DNA of 64,000 bases from a bacterium (GCA_963675295.2 CAXXKJ010000002.1:3680001-3744000); one strand, 5' to 3'; shown: positions 8,750-20,176, numbered from the stretch's first letter. The notes: generated by a model not told the origin, from the letters alone. Made by a program: numbers and translations.

Positions 8750-11700
8750 TCATGCTTCGCTTAGTACCTCGTTGATGCTTTCGATGAGGGATTTCAGAGT
8801 AATGGGCTTGTTGATAAACCGGATGCCGTCGTCCAGGATACCGTGATAGGAAATGATGTCGTTGTCGTAGCCGGACATGAAGATGACCTTCAACCCTTCG
8901 TTGCGTTCCTTTAACGATTTGTAGAGTTCACTCCCGTTGAGTCCTGGCATGATCACATCCGTCAGCAGCAAATCGATCGTGCTTCCCAGCTCTTTGTAGA
9001 TCTGGATCGCCTTTTCCCCGCTTTCGGCCGGGTAAACGGTGTGCCCCTGGAACTCGAGCATTTTCTTCGTCGTGCTGCGTACATCATCCTGGTCTTCCAC
9101 CAGCAGGATGGCAGCCGACCGCTGTTGACCTGCTGTCTCTGCAGGTGAGTCAACCGGCGTTTCCTGTTCGCCCTCAACCGCAGGGAAGTAAATCTTGAAA
9201 ACGGTTCCGGTACCGGGTTCGCTGTACACCCAGATGTGTCCGTTGTGCTGCTTGACGATACCGTAGACCGTCGACAATCCCAGTCCAGACCCTTGTCCGA
9301 CCTCTTTGGTGGTATAGAACGGATCAAAGATTTTCGCCTGAGTCTCTTCATCCATGCCATCGCCGGTGTCGCTGACGCTGAGCATGGTGTAGGTGCCGGG
9401 TTCAAAGTCAGCATGAGCCACGGCTGACTCACTGTCAAGTTTCACCGTGCTGGTTTCGATCATAATCCGGCCGCCATCCGGCATGGCGTCCTGCGCATTG
9501 ATCAACAGATTCATCAGGATTTGTTCGACCTGGGGCTTGTCCACGCGAATCATCATCACGTTGTCGTCATAGGCGAACTGGAGCTTGATGTCTTCGCGAA
9601 TCGTGCGGCGCAGAATCGTCTCAAATTCCCGGATCAGCCTGTTCAAATTCACCAGCGCAATGCTCAGGACCTGTTTCCGGCTGTACGCGAGGAGCTGCCG
9701 TGTCAGCTCCGCCGCTTTGGTTGCGGTAATGTTGATTTCCCGGATATCTTCATAGATTGGATTGTTTTCATCCATCGACATCATTGCCATTTCGGAGTTT
9801 CCGATGATTGGGGTCAGCAGGTTGTTGAAGTCGTGTGCGATCCCGCCGGCCAGGTGACCAATGGATTCAATCTTCTGGGATTGCAGCAGTTGCCGTTCGA
9901 GTTCCTTCTGGCTCGTGATATCACGCAGGATCCCGAGAATCGCGGTATCGTCACGATAATCAATTTCAGAGACTGACACTTGCACATCATGCTTTGAACC
10001 GTCTTTATGCAACACGGTAAATTCGTACATGTCGGACAAGTGTTCCCCTTTTTCTCTCATTTCAATTCGACTTTTAATCATGGGCCTGTCTTTGGGATCA
10101 ACATAGTCCATAAAGGTAAAATCAGGATCTGATGCATCTTTTGCAGTCACTCCCGTTAACTCTGTAAATTTATGATTGATAATATCAAATTTATTATTGT
10201 AGATAATGTAAATCGCATCATTAGACTGCTCGATAATTGTCCGTAACTTCATTTCGCTTGTTCGTAGCGCAGATTCAATCTGCATACGCTTGGTCACGTC
10301 GCGTACAAATTCCACAACCCCTATGATCTCTCCAGATTCACGGATGATCGGATAACTGAACACTTCAAACCATTCATGCTCTGTCCCGGGAACACCTCGG
10401 ACAATTGCTGTTTCCGTCTTCCTTGATATCATGCACCGTCGTGTCGCACACCCTTCGACTTCGTGCGTTCCATTGAAACAGGTTGCGCAACGTTTACCAG
10501 TCAGGACCGGTTCGTTTTCATACCACTTCTGCATCGTCCCATTGACCCACAACACGGTCAGGTTGGTGTCGAGCACCATGATGCCGTCCTGAATACTCTC
10601 ATAAATGTTGGTCAGGAAGGCTTCGTTATCCTTCAGCCGTTTCTGCAGCTGATATTCCTCGGTAACGTCGCGGAAAACGAGTACGACCCCTTCGAGGCTG
10701 CCATCCATTGCACGGATTGGAGCCGCCGAATCGGCGATTTGATACTCCTTCCCCCCTTTCGCTACCAGCATCGTGTCATTGCTCAATCCGATGATCTCGT
10801 TCTGTTCCAGTACGGCGTGTACCGGATTGTCAGCCGGTTTGCGTGTAATTGCATTGATAATCGTAAAGACGTCTTCCAAAGGCTTACCTTCTGCCGCGGT
10901 CTGCGTCCATCCGGTCAAGGTTTCCGCGACGGGATTCATGCGCGTAACGCGGCCTTCGGTATCCGTCGTGATGACTGCGTCCCCAATCGACATCAACGTA
11001 GTGCGCAGGTTCTGTTCGTTGCGGAACAGCTCCCGCCGGGACTGGTTGGTGCGCACGAGGCCATAGGTAACGCCTACCAGCGCCGTAGCAAGCATCAGGA
11101 ACGCCGCAGCCAGATTCCAGATCAGGGTTTTATACTGGCGGTAAAACGTGACCGGTCCGTAAAGAACTTCGGAGCCGTCCGGAAGTTGGGACTCGGATAT
11201 GTTGAATTTTTTCAGTTGACGGTAATCAAACTGATACGCCGTAGGGGTTTCGTAGCGAACCGGAATATCTCCGGCTGGAGTGCCGGCCAGCACCTCTTTC
11301 GCGATATCCGCAACAGCCAGACCCAGGTCATAGCCGTCCACCAGCAAGCCGCCAACGATGCCGTGTCCGAGTTCGAAATTCCACGTTCCGTAAACTGGCG
11401 CTGCGGAATGATCGCAGATCAACCTGGTTCCCTCATCGAACTCGAAGAACTGGCCCTTGTTGTCACGGGTGAATAAGGTGTGCAGAACGACGGTATTTGG
11501 GGTCAGATTTTCGAGACGGTCAATCAGCTCGTAGATGGTGACGTCGGAGATCTGTTCGATTTCAGGAAGTTCTGCGCCATTTTCGCGCACGATCCGGTCG
11601 ACCTCTTCCTGGATCCGTTTGCCCGTGTTCGTGATATCGGAGATGACCAAAATCCGGTTGACCGCAGGATGTAATTGCTTGATCAGTCTGAAATTATCAA

Positions 11701-12181
11701 CAAGATTCACCTCTTCGCTGATGCCGGTTGCATTTTTCAGCCGGTACATGTCGTTAAAGGTGAGGTAATTCACGCCGCAGCAGATCAGGGGGGAATCGCC
11801 GAAAATCTGTTCACCGTAGGACTTATAGAATTCGAAGGCGAAATTGTCCGTTGTAATGACGATGTCATAGCGGGTTTTGCGGTGTTTCGCGATCAGGATG
11901 TTGCGCAGCAGCACCTGGTAGTCGCTGCCAACGTGCCGCTTGCTGTCCATGTACTCGATATGTAGGCTGAGACTGTCGGAGGCGAGCCGGTCAATCAGGC
12001 CATCGGTGATCTGATCCGTCCACAGGTAGCCTTCATGGTAGGAGTTCAGCAGCAGGACACGCTTGTTCGAGGCCGATTCCCCGGACACAGGCCGTTTTTC
12101 CTGGCCAAAAACTGTTCCAGCCTGCCACAGCAGCAGCAGAAACAGGGAAAACAGAAGTGTAGCACGAAACCTCACGGGCAT
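8750..12181 (-). CDS. Hybrid sensor histidine kinase (periplasmic binding domain, 3 PAS, HisKA, HATPase, REC)
   Basis: VLLLNSYH sensor; PAS repeats; LAGGIAHDFNNLL; NAQDAM, DTGDGM, FDPFYTTK, GSGLGL; LLTDVIMPG, FMSGY, KP. Confidence 0.92.
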   Translation of the reverse strand: MPVRFRATLLFSLFLLLLWQAGTVFGQEKRPVSGESASNKRVLLLNSYHEGYLWTDQITDGLIDRLASDSLSLHIEYMDSKRHVGSDYQVLLRNILIAKHRKTRYDIVITTDNFAFEFYKSYGEQIFGDSPLICCGVNYLTFNDMYRLKNATGISEEVNLVDNFRLIKQLHPAVNRILVISDITNTGKRIQEEVDRIVRENGAELPEIEQISDVTIYELIDRLENLTPNTVVLHTLFTRDNKGQFFEFDEGTRLICDHSAAPVYGTWNFELGHGIVGGLLVDGYDLGLAVADIAKEVLAGTPAGDIPVRYETPTAYQFDYRQLKKFNISESQLPDGSEVLYGPVTFYRQYKTLIWNLAAAFLMLATALVGVTYGLVRTNQSRRELFRNEQNLRTTLMSIGDAVITTDTEGRVTRMNPVAETLTGWTQTAAEGKPLEDVFTIINAITRKPADNPVHAVLEQNEIIGLSNDTMLVAKGGKEYQIADSAAPIRAMDGSLEGVVLVFRDVTEEYQLQKRLKDNEAFLTNIYESIQDGIMVLDTNLTVLWVNGTMQKWYENEPVLTGKRCATCFNGTHEVEGCATRRCMISRKTETAIVRGVPGTEHEWFEVFSYPIIRESGEIIGVVEFVRDVTKRMQIESALRTSEMKLRTIIEQSNDAIYIIYNNKFDIINHKFTELTGVTAKDASDPDFTFMDYVDPKDRPMIKSRIEMREKGEHLSDMYEFTVLHKDGSKHDVQVSVSEIDYRDDTAILGILRDITSQKELERQLLQSQKIESIGHLAGGIAHDFNNLLTPIIGNSEMAMMSMDENNPIYEDIREINITATKAAELTRQLLAYSRKQVLSIALVNLNRLIREFETILRRTIREDIKLQFAYDDNVMMIRVDKPQVEQILMNLLINAQDAMPDGGRIMIETSTVKLDSESAVAHADFEPGTYTMLSVSDTGDGMDEETQAKIFDPFYTTKEVGQGSGLGLSTVYGIVKQHNGHIWVYSEPGTGTVFKIYFPAVEGEQETPVDSPAETAGQQRSAAILLVEDQDDVRSTTKKMLEFQGHTVYPAESGEKAIQIYKELGSTIDLLLTDVIMPGLNGSELYKSLKERNEGLKVIFMSGYDNDIISYHGILDDGIRFINKPITLKSLIESINEVLSEA

Positions 12182-12770
12182 CTGCGGACCCTTTGACCAA
12201 GATTCAGGTTCGGATTTTGGCCAGGCACGATTCTGATCGGGGTACTGGAGATTGACGGATACGCTCGATTCTCATCGTACTTATGATTCTTCTTATCCGC
12301 ATCACGATTTTGGCAAGGTAGTCAAGCCGGTCTTGGTCCGCAAGTACTTTCTTCTGCACCGGTTGGACAAGTCGTACGGCTCTGATTCCTGCGTGCCGCC
12401 TCGTTGACAGATGTACACAAACCAGTGCTGGCAAGTCACGTTTTATACTCAGAGTACATGGGCGCGGTATTTGAGTATCAGGGGAGTTGCGGCGTTTCGG
12501 GAGTGTAGATTCGGCCTGTTTCTTGCTCTCGCAACTTGTGTCATGCGCGGTTGTCCTCAAATGAAACTACCGTCTCCTACCGCAAGTTATCAGTTTTTGG
12601 GGTGCAGATATGCTGGAGGGAATCAGTTTTTGGCTTGCTATTCCCTAGATTTTTATGTAAATATCAGATTTACTATAAGAATAGAAGGCGTCGCAGATGT
12701 CGGCGTCACTCAGACTCATTACCGATACCCAGGAGTCGGTCGAGTATTTCGGGTCCTTAACAGGCACAAC

Positions 12771-15464
12771 ATGAAGCTTCGGTCAAAAACAGTTCTGCTT
12801 GCATTTCTACTCGGTCTATTGATTTGGATCATCGACGGAACAGTAGATTATCTAGCCTTTTACGAAGGAACGTGGTGGGAGGTCGTGTTCCTTGAGGTCA
12901 GCGGCAGCGAACTGTTTGATCGTGTGTTTGATGTCATCCTCGTTGTCGGAATCGCGTTGTATTTCGGCCGTTTTCTCGAATCCTACCTCGCCAGCCGGAA
13001 AGCTGCACTACTCAGCCAGTCCCGTTACGACAACCTGTACAATAACATGTTGGACGCCGTGATTCTCACCGATGGCCAGCGGAACTTGCGTCAATGCAAC
13101 CGGGCGTTCACACAGTTGTTCGGGTATGAGCCGGACGAATATATCGGGCAGAACATCCGGGTTTTATACAACAACGAAGCACAGTACGAGGAGATCGGTC
13201 AGAGAATCAGTCAGGCAGAGGGTCCGACGGAACTATTTGAAACGATTGTCTTCCGCAGGAAGGACGGGTCAACGTTTCCAGGCGAAGTGAGCGTCTTCTC
13301 GGAACACGATGAACGTGGGTTATTGACTTCGTCTGTCGGTGTAATCCGCGATATTTCGGAACGTGTTGAATTTGAGCACAAGCTCAATCACTTGAACAGC
13401 GTGCTCTTTGCCATCCGTCAGATCGACCAGTTGATCACCCGGGTCAGGGAACCGAATGAGCTACTCGACAAATCCTGTGAGATTCTTGAGAACAGCCGCA
13501 GCTACAAGAGCGTGTGGATCGTTCGTGTCGATGGTGAAGGCAATGCGATTCACATTTCCGGGAGAAACAGTGAACCCGGTTTCGTGGCCCGTTACAACGA
13601 ACTTCTTGGCCAAGCGCTTCCCCCCTGTGTCATTCAAGCTTTCCGTGACAAGTCACTAGTAAATATCAGCGCCAATCCCGACATCTGTGAACTTTGCAGG
13701 TTGCGCAAAGATGCAAAATCGCATTGCACCACGGCATTACGGATTCAGTATGAAGACACCACGTATGCAATCATGGTTCTCTCCGGCCCGGAGAAGTACA
13801 TCCACACCGAGGAAGAAACCGCGCTGATCCAGGAGCTGGCGGACGATATCGCGTACGCGATGCACATGATCGAAATGGAAAGAAAGCGTGCCGAATCGGA
13901 AGAACAGGTTCGCATCGCACAGAACCGCATGCAGAGTTTGTTCGGTGTCATGCCGGTCGGTGTCGGCTTGATTGACTCCGACCGGAATATCATCGAGATC
14001 AACGACTACATCACGCGCGAGTTCGGCTACACGCGTGAGGAATTGATCGGAAAAAACACGCACGATCTCTACATCAATGAAGACGAGTACAACCGGGTCC
14101 GGGTCGAGATCAACGAAAAGATTGACCGGCAGGGGCTGGGTTCGATACAGACCTACTGGAAGCATAAAAACGGAAACGCCGTCCCAATTCTTCTTGCCTC
14201 GCGTTGGATCAATCCGGATGATCACAGCCAGGGCTCAACATTCTCCGTGCTGGACATCTCCGAACGTCTCGCGGACGTTGAGGAACGCGAAAAGCTGCGC
14301 GCCCAGGTGCACCAGGCGCAGAAGATGGAGGCGATCGGACGTCTCGCTGGTGGTGTCGCCCACGACTTCAACAACATGCTGAGCGTCATCCTCGGCAATG
14401 TCGAAATCGTACTTGACACCCTCCCGGAAGGGTTGGACGTCGAGGTAGAATTGACTGAAATCCAGCAAGCCGCTGAACGCTCGGCAGCGTTGACCCGCCA
14501 GTTGCTGATGTTCTCACGCAAACAGATCTCTTCCCCGCGCACCATCAACTTGAACGAAGTAATCTACAACCAGTCGCAGATGTTGATCCGGCTGATCGGT
14601 GAAAATATCAAATTCGAATTCCAGGCTGAGCCGGAGCTTGGCAACATCTTCCTCGACCCGGCGCAGGCGGACCAGATATTTGCCAACTTGACGGTCAACG
14701 CGCGTGATGCGATCAACGGCACCGGCGAAATTCGGGTCCGCACCCGCAACGTCACCCTGAATGACAAGGTTGACGGGATTCAGCCGGAACCTCTGTCAGG
14801 CAAGTTTGTCGAGGTCATGTTTGCGGATAACGGTTCCGGGATGGACAGGGAAACGGCTGCTCGGATCTTTGAGCCCTTCTTCACGACCAAAGACCTCGAA
14901 TCAGGCACCGGACTTGGCCTGGCAACGGTCTACGGTATCGTTTCGCAGGCTCATGGCGGTGTCCGTGTGGTCAGCCGTCCCGATACTGGAACGACCTTCT
15001 ACCTCTACTTCCCGATGGTGACGGAAGAAGCCGTTTCACTTATTTCGGAACCGGAACCGGTCAATTCTGCCACCCCGGCAGCGGTGCTGGTGGTCGAAGA
15101 TGAGGAAAAGGTCCGTAACCTGGCGTGCCGGCTGCTCGAACAGTGTGGGCATAAGGTTTACAGCGCCGCGTTGCCCAGTTCAGCGTTGAAAATCGTCGAG
15201 GAACACGGATCAGAAATCGAATTGGTTCTGACCGATGTGATCATGCCGGAGATGAACGGACGGGACCTGGTGGCTGAGATTACAAAGCGCCATCCTCAGG
15301 TCCGTTCGCTGTACAGGTCCGCCTTCGAAGCTGAAACCATCGCGCATGAAGGCGTATTGGATCCCGGTGTCCCCTTCCTGCCAAAACCCTTCACCATCAA
15401 CGAGTTCAAGACGAAGATCGTTGAAGCGTTGAGTGAGGAAACCCAGCCCCTCGGTACAAAGTAG
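12771..15464 (+). CDS. Hybrid sensor histidine kinase (2 TM, PAS, GAF, PAS, HisKA, HATPase, REC)
   Basis: ATG 12771 chosen over the long upstream extension; LAGGVAHDFNNML, DNGSGM, FEPFFTTK, GTGLGL, LTDVIMPEM, KP. Confidence 0.9.
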   Translation: MKLRSKTVLLAFLLGLLIWIIDGTVDYLAFYEGTWWEVVFLEVSGSELFDRVFDVILVVGIALYFGRFLESYLASRKAALLSQSRYDNLYNNMLDAVILTDGQRNLRQCNRAFTQLFGYEPDEYIGQNIRVLYNNEAQYEEIGQRISQAEGPTELFETIVFRRKDGSTFPGEVSVFSEHDERGLLTSSVGVIRDISERVEFEHKLNHLNSVLFAIRQIDQLITRVREPNELLDKSCEILENSRSYKSVWIVRVDGEGNAIHISGRNSEPGFVARYNELLGQALPPCVIQAFRDKSLVNISANPDICELCRLRKDAKSHCTTALRIQYEDTTYAIMVLSGPEKYIHTEEETALIQELADDIAYAMHMIEMERKRAESEEQVRIAQNRMQSLFGVMPVGVGLIDSDRNIIEINDYITREFGYTREELIGKNTHDLYINEDEYNRVRVEINEKIDRQGLGSIQTYWKHKNGNAVPILLASRWINPDDHSQGSTFSVLDISERLADVEEREKLRAQVHQAQKMEAIGRLAGGVAHDFNNMLSVILGNVEIVLDTLPEGLDVEVELTEIQQAAERSAALTRQLLMFSRKQISSPRTINLNEVIYNQSQMLIRLIGENIKFEFQAEPELGNIFLDPAQADQIFANLTVNARDAINGTGEIRVRTRNVTLNDKVDGIQPEPLSGKFVEVMFADNGSGMDRETAARIFEPFFTTKDLESGTGLGLATVYGIVSQAHGGVRVVSRPDTGTTFYLYFPMVTEEAVSLISEPEPVNSATPAAVLVVEDEEKVRNLACRLLEQCGHKVYSAALPSSALKIVEEHGSEIELVLTDVIMPEMNGRDLVAEITKRHPQVRSLYRSAFEAETIAHEGVLDPGVPFLPKPFTINEFKTKIVEALSEETQPLGTK

Positions 15465-15582
15465 CCCTTGGTTCTGCATCCGGACCTCCCGCGGAGTCCT
15501 TGAGCTGTCTCGCTCATGAGTTAGCCCGTTTCAGGGTCGTATACTCCTGCCGCTGACGAGTGATAGATCTGGAGGACTGACC

Positions 15583-16329
15583 ATGTATACCGTAGTGTTG
15601 CTCCGTCACGGCGAATCGGTCTGGAACAAGGAAAACCGGTTTACCGGTTGGACCGATGTCACGCTGTCGGAAAAGGGCATTGAGGAAGCAAAGGCCGCGG
15701 GCCGCACGCTGGCCGAAAAAGGATACGATTTCGACGTCGTTTATACGTCCGTCTTGCAGCGCGCGCTGTTGACCACCAACTACGCGCTGACCGAGATGGA
15801 CCGTCTCTGGCTTCCGGTGAACAAGCACTGGCGGCTCAACGAACGTCATTACGGCGCGTTGCAGGGCCTGAACAAGGCCGAGATGGCGGCGAAGTATGGC
15901 GACGAACAGGTTCACATCTGGCGCCGTAGCTACGACACCCGTCCCCCCGCACTGGAATGGGACGACGAGCGCAATCCGCGCAACGACCGCCGCTACGCCG
16001 ATCTCACGGACGAACAGATCCCACTGGCGGAATGCCTCAAGGATACGGTTGACCGCTTCGTGCCGTATTGGAAGGACACCTTGGCGCCGGCAATCAAGTC
16101 GGGCAAGCGTGTGCTGATCTCCGCTCATGGTAACAGCTTGCGCGCGCTGGTCAAGTACCTTGACAAGATCAGTGACGACGAGATCACCGGCCTGAATATT
16201 CCGACCGGGATTCCGTTGGTGTACAAGCTGGACGAGAACCTGCAGCCGACCGAACACTTCTACCTCGGCGATGAAGACACGGTGAAAAAGGCGCAGGCCG
16301 CAGTTGCTGCCCAGGGCAAGGCGAAGTAA
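15583..16329 (+). CDS. gpmA: 2,3-bisphosphoglycerate-dependent phosphoglycerate mutase
   Basis: [49 protein letters not shown]; RBS GGAGG upstream. Confidence 0.97.
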   Translation: MYTVVLLRHGESVWNKENRFTGWTDVTLSEKGIEEAKAAGRTLAEKGYDFDVVYTSVLQRALLTTNYALTEMDRLWLPVNKHWRLNERHYGALQGLNKAEMAAKYGDEQVHIWRRSYDTRPPALEWDDERNPRNDRRYADLTDEQIPLAECLKDTVDRFVPYWKDTLAPAIKSGKRVLISAHGNSLRALVKYLDKISDDEITGLNIPTGIPLVYKLDENLQPTEHFYLGDEDTVKKAQAAVAAQGKAK

Positions 16330-16355
16330 GCCGGACCGGGTCCGTATGAGTTTCC

Positions 16356-16385
16356 ACCCCCGATCCGTACTGGGTCGGGGGTTTC
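16356..16385 (+). terminator. Probable intrinsic terminator after gpmA
   Basis: ACCCCCGATCC...GGGTCGGGGGT stem followed by TTTC. Confidence 0.55.
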
Positions 16386-16548
16386 GTATCTCCAACCGGT
16401 TGTTTTCCGGCGTGGTTACCGGGTTCCCGCAACTCTGCGGATCGGGTCTCGTGATTCCGTTCAAGTTGTCTTACATTAGCGTAGTGTGAATCGTGTAGCC
16501 GCCAGCGTTTGCGGCGACAATTCCAGCTATCCCGTACCACGGCAGGCC

Positions 16549-18018
16549 ATGATCCCAATTGACCCGGCACAGGCTGGCAATACGGGACTGATCCAACTGG
16601 CGGATCAGACCTATACGACGATTCAGTCCGCGTTTTCGCGTCTGATTCGGTCGCTGGAATTGGCTGCCGCGGCGACTGAGCGATACACGGAGTATGAGCG
16701 TGCGGAGATGTCCGTTGCGTCCGAATTCTGGCAATCGCGTCAGGAACGGTTCAACGCCATCCTTTCCGCCAACGAACGGCTCCGCCAGCCGGTTCTCGAT
16801 CGTCTGGCTGCCACCTTACCGCCGAACCGGGCGATCCTGCGCTTTAGCCTCGAACGCCTGAACAACGACTTCTTCCAGTTGTTTTCCGAATACGGACCGG
16901 ATCGTCTCGACGTGCTCGGCACGGTCATCTCGTCGTTCAATCAGCAGGACCCGTCGGTCAACCTGAATCTGCTTTCGCATGTGCTTGAGGGCGCGCCGAA
17001 TTTCTATGTGCCGTTGATGTTGAAGGGATCGTTGCTGCTGGAGTCGGGGATCTCCATCTCGGAAGCGCCGGCGTTGCTCGAACGTGCGGCCGACAATCCG
17101 CCCCAGGCCGATAATCCGAACCGGTACCGCATCCTCGCACTGGAGCTGCTTGGGGAAGCGTTGGTGCGCAACAACCGGGAGAGTGATGCCGCCCGTGCCT
17201 ATCGCCGAGCGCACAAGCTCGACCTCGAAAACCCGCTGTTCCATTACCTTACTGCCCGCGCCCTCGCTCATGGGCGGAAATCGTCAGACGCGTTGGAAGC
17301 CTTTGACCGCGCGGTGAAGGTCGATTCGTCCTACTATCCACTGGCACTGTTGGACGACAGCTTCGAGGTCATCCGGGACGTGATCAAAGATCGTTTGACC
17401 GATCGCACCTTGCAGTGGGCCGATACGATCGAGTCAGTGTTACGCATGGCGGACACCGTCCATGTGATCGCGGAAGACTACGGCCTGATTGACCACCCGA
17501 CCGTCGCCCGTGGATCGCAGGAACTGATCCAGATCAAGGACAAAGTCACCACGCAATCGTATACGCTCTACCGTGAACTCGGCCTGGTCCAGCTGCCCGA
17601 ATGGATCAAGAGCTGGGTGGGGCATGTGCAGGACACACTGCAGAATTCGCTGAAAGCCCGCTATGAGTCGATCCAGGCCTACAACCACGCGCTGCTCGAC
17701 ACAGTCAAAGACTACCGCAAGCACTGGGTGAAAACCTGGGGGATCGGCTGGTTTGCGGTCGGCTTCCTGCTGATGGTCGTCCTCGTACTCGCCCGTCAGC
17801 CGGTACTCGCCGCGATCTATTTTTACGTGATGTGGATTCTGTCGGGCTACTTCCTGCGGCTGTTCCTCGACAGCCGGAAACGTTCCCAGCTGCTCGATCA
17901 ACGCAAGAATCCGGCGATGCTGCAACCGGTTGAGGACGATATCGACCTCATCGGACGTATTCGTTCCGAGATGCTGGTGCTGCTGGAGAAGCAAACAGAT
18001 ATCGAGCAGGAGTTGTAG
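16549..18018 (+). CDS. TPR-containing membrane protein, unknown function (start uncertain, 16486-16549)
   Basis: TPR-like helices (LLGEALVRNNRESDAARAYRRA; LTARALAHGRKSSDALEAFDRAVKVD); two C-terminal TM segments. Confidence 0.6.
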   Translation: MIPIDPAQAGNTGLIQLADQTYTTIQSAFSRLIRSLELAAAATERYTEYERAEMSVASEFWQSRQERFNAILSANERLRQPVLDRLAATLPPNRAILRFSLERLNNDFFQLFSEYGPDRLDVLGTVISSFNQQDPSVNLNLLSHVLEGAPNFYVPLMLKGSLLLESGISISEAPALLERAADNPPQADNPNRYRILALELLGEALVRNNRESDAARAYRRAHKLDLENPLFHYLTARALAHGRKSSDALEAFDRAVKVDSSYYPLALLDDSFEVIRDVIKDRLTDRTLQWADTIESVLRMADTVHVIAEDYGLIDHPTVARGSQELIQIKDKVTTQSYTLYRELGLVQLPEWIKSWVGHVQDTLQNSLKARYESIQAYNHALLDTVKDYRKHWVKTWGIGWFAVGFLLMVVLVLARQPVLAAIYFYVMWILSGYFLRLFLDSRKRSQLLDQRKNPAMLQPVEDDIDLIGRIRSEMLVLLEKQTDIEQEL

Positions 18019-18035
18019 CGGACATCAAGCGGCGT

Positions 18036-19085
18036 TCAGTCTTCGGGCGCGGCCGGCAGGTACACGGTGAATGTGCTGCCTTCCCCTTCGGAGCTGTCCA
18101 GATCAACCCACCCGCCGTGCTGTTTCACAATGCTGTGCACATTCGGCAGGCCGAGGCCGGTGCCCTTGCCGGTAGATTTTGTCGTGAAGAACGGTTCGAA
18201 GATGCGATCCTGCACCTCGCGCGGAATCCCAACGCCGGTATCCTTCACCGCGATCAGCAGGTACGTTCCCGGTTCTACGCCGGCCTGCGGAAGTTCACTC
18301 GGTGTCAGGAAATTCCGTCGTTGCACGACAACCGACAGCGTTCCACCCTCGGGCATCGCGTCGCGCGCGTTAACGAACAGGTTGACCAGGACCTGGCTCA
18401 AACGGTTGGCGTCGCCCTTGACTGTCGGCAGGTCCGGTTCCATTTCGGTCTCGACCTGCACCCGTTCCCAGTCCGCGTGGCTGACCAGCGACATGGTTTC
18501 GTCAACCAGGTTCGCAATGTCAAGCGGGTACGGTGTGAATGGCTGCGGTTTGCTGAACGTCAGCAGCCGGTTGATCATCGCGGCACCCTTCTGCGTCGCC
18601 TTGATCACCGATTCGGCCACACTGCGCTGCTTGTCGACCAACGTTTCATCGTTGCGCAACACCAGCGCGTTCCCACGGATGATGGTCAGGATGTTGTTGA
18701 AATCGTGCGCGATCCCTCCCGCGAGGCGCCCGAGCGATTCCATCCGTTGCTGATGGATGTAGCGATCCGTATGCTGCTTGCGACGGCTCATGTCGCTGAT
18801 GTGCACGATGCACGCACTGCCGAATTCCTTGAGGCGAACCCGATACGCTACCAGCTGGACTTCCCGTGGCTTGCTCTTGATCGCGATTTCGGAAATGGAT
18901 TCAAACGTGGGCTGCGCAGCGGTTTCGAGCAACAGGTCAGGCCAGTCACCGGGGAGTTCGTCGTAGACGTGCCCAAGAACCTCGTCCTCTTTGATCCCCG
19001 TCAGGTTGAGCATGCCGCGGTTCCACATCGCAATCCTGCCAGCCGGATCGAGAATGAACGTCGGCAGCAGACCGCTACGCATCAC
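18036..19085 (-). CDS. PAS sensor histidine kinase
   Basis: PAS-like N-terminus; LAGGIAHDFNNIL, NARDAM, DTGVGI, FEPFFTTK, GTGLGL. Confidence 0.9.
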   Translation of the reverse strand: MMRSGLLPTFILDPAGRIAMWNRGMLNLTGIKEDEVLGHVYDELPGDWPDLLLETAAQPTFESISEIAIKSKPREVQLVAYRVRLKEFGSACIVHISDMSRRKQHTDRYIHQQRMESLGRLAGGIAHDFNNILTIIRGNALVLRNDETLVDKQRSVAESVIKATQKGAAMINRLLTFSKPQPFTPYPLDIANLVDETMSLVSHADWERVQVETEMEPDLPTVKGDANRLSQVLVNLFVNARDAMPEGGTLSVVVQRRNFLTPSELPQAGVEPGTYLLIAVKDTGVGIPREVQDRIFEPFFTTKSTGKGTGLGLPNVHSIVKQHGGWVDLDSSEGEGSTFTVYLPAAPED

Positions 19086-19531
19086 CTGGTCGAGGTGTTC
19101 GGAAGATATGGGCAGCAGGTCAGTGATTGTGTTCTCCTGGCCTGTTTGGTGGAAGTTTTGTGTAACGCTGTGTTTGCCAGCCCCGCCGTCGATTCAAGTA
19201 ACGGCGTCCCCTGGGCCGAGTAAAGCACAGCGACCCATGCCATCAGTGCGAATGGAGCCCGTGGATCGGATTGCCCAAAGGTGCATCACTGAGAGGCCCA
19301 ATCGCAAGGTTTGATCGTAGATTCGCGTGTACTATAATTGTCCATTCGCTCGTGGGGAACTCTTCTTGTTGAGTTCGTATTTGGTCCCTTTTGCGAATTT
19401 ATGTTTTTTGGGAAAAGCCGCAACCGTTGGGATTTTAAGGAATTGTACGGTATTAGGCTTCAAGGGAAACAGGTTAAAAATTTGTCGCAATGAGCGAGCG
19501 CGGATTGGACCGTGCTCCGGAGACTCTCGAC

Positions 19532-19861
19532 ATGCAGAAAATGTACTACAGCATCAAGGAGGCGTCTGAGCTACTCGACCTGCCGGCTCATGTGCTCCGG
19601 TATTGGGAAACGGAGTTCAAGGAGTTGAGTCCCCGGAAGAACCGGGGAGGGAACCGAATTTATCGTGAAAATGACATTCAGCTGTTGCATGAACTGAAGG
19701 AATTGCTGCACGAGCGCCGGTTTACCATCGAAGGCGCGCGCAATGAACTGAAACGCCGGCGTTCAGACTCAAGTAGTGAAGACACGGTAGAACAACGATC
19801 ACAGGTACTGCGGGAAGCACGACAGACGATTCGTGAGGTGCTCGAGCTGCTGGACGCGTAA
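19532..19861 (+). CDS. MerR family transcriptional regulator
   Basis: YYSIKEASELLDLPAHVLRYWETEF, NRIYR, FTIEGA; the commonly seen MerR-tRNA-Pro linkage. Confidence 0.9.
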   Translation: MQKMYYSIKEASELLDLPAHVLRYWETEFKELSPRKNRGGNRIYRENDIQLLHELKELLHERRFTIEGARNELKRRRSDSSSEDTVEQRSQVLREARQTIREVLELLDA

Positions 19862-20102
19862 ACGCACGCTCACTGCCACCGTGGTCGCTACGACCCCGCT
19901 GACAGACCGCCTCCCGTATCGCTTGCCCGGTCAACCGGATCGGCCTATCTTCATCGTCGCCTCGCGACGGGCGGGAGAAGTGTCTTCCGGCGGCGGGGTG
20001 ACGTGTTTTGCTGGTGACCGCATGGTGTGAGCGGGTCGATGTGGACGGACTGGCCCGGAATCATGTCGTACACCAATGTACAGTCTGGATGCACAGTCAA
20101 TT

Positions 20103-20176
20103 CGGAGCGTGGCGCAGCCCGGTAGCGCACCTGACTGGGGGTCAGGGGGTCGCTGGTTCAAATCCAGTCGCTCCGA
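20103..20176 (+). tRNA. tRNA-Pro(GGG), CCA not encoded
   Basis: Acceptor CGGAGCG/CGCTCCG; anticodon arm CCTGA-CT GGG GG-TCAGG; T arm GCTGG-TTCAAAT-CCAGT. Confidence 0.96.

Noticed and set aside
12411-12770. 120-aa N-terminal extension of the hybrid kinase
   Set aside because: Looks non-coding (AT-rich promoter-like DNA); a TM-bearing start at ATG 12771 is more plausible
15300-15330. REC domain variant LYRSAF instead of LYMSGY as a pseudo-receiver
   Set aside because: Acidic pocket (VEDE), phospho-Asp (LTDV), Ser and KP are all retained, so it is probably functional
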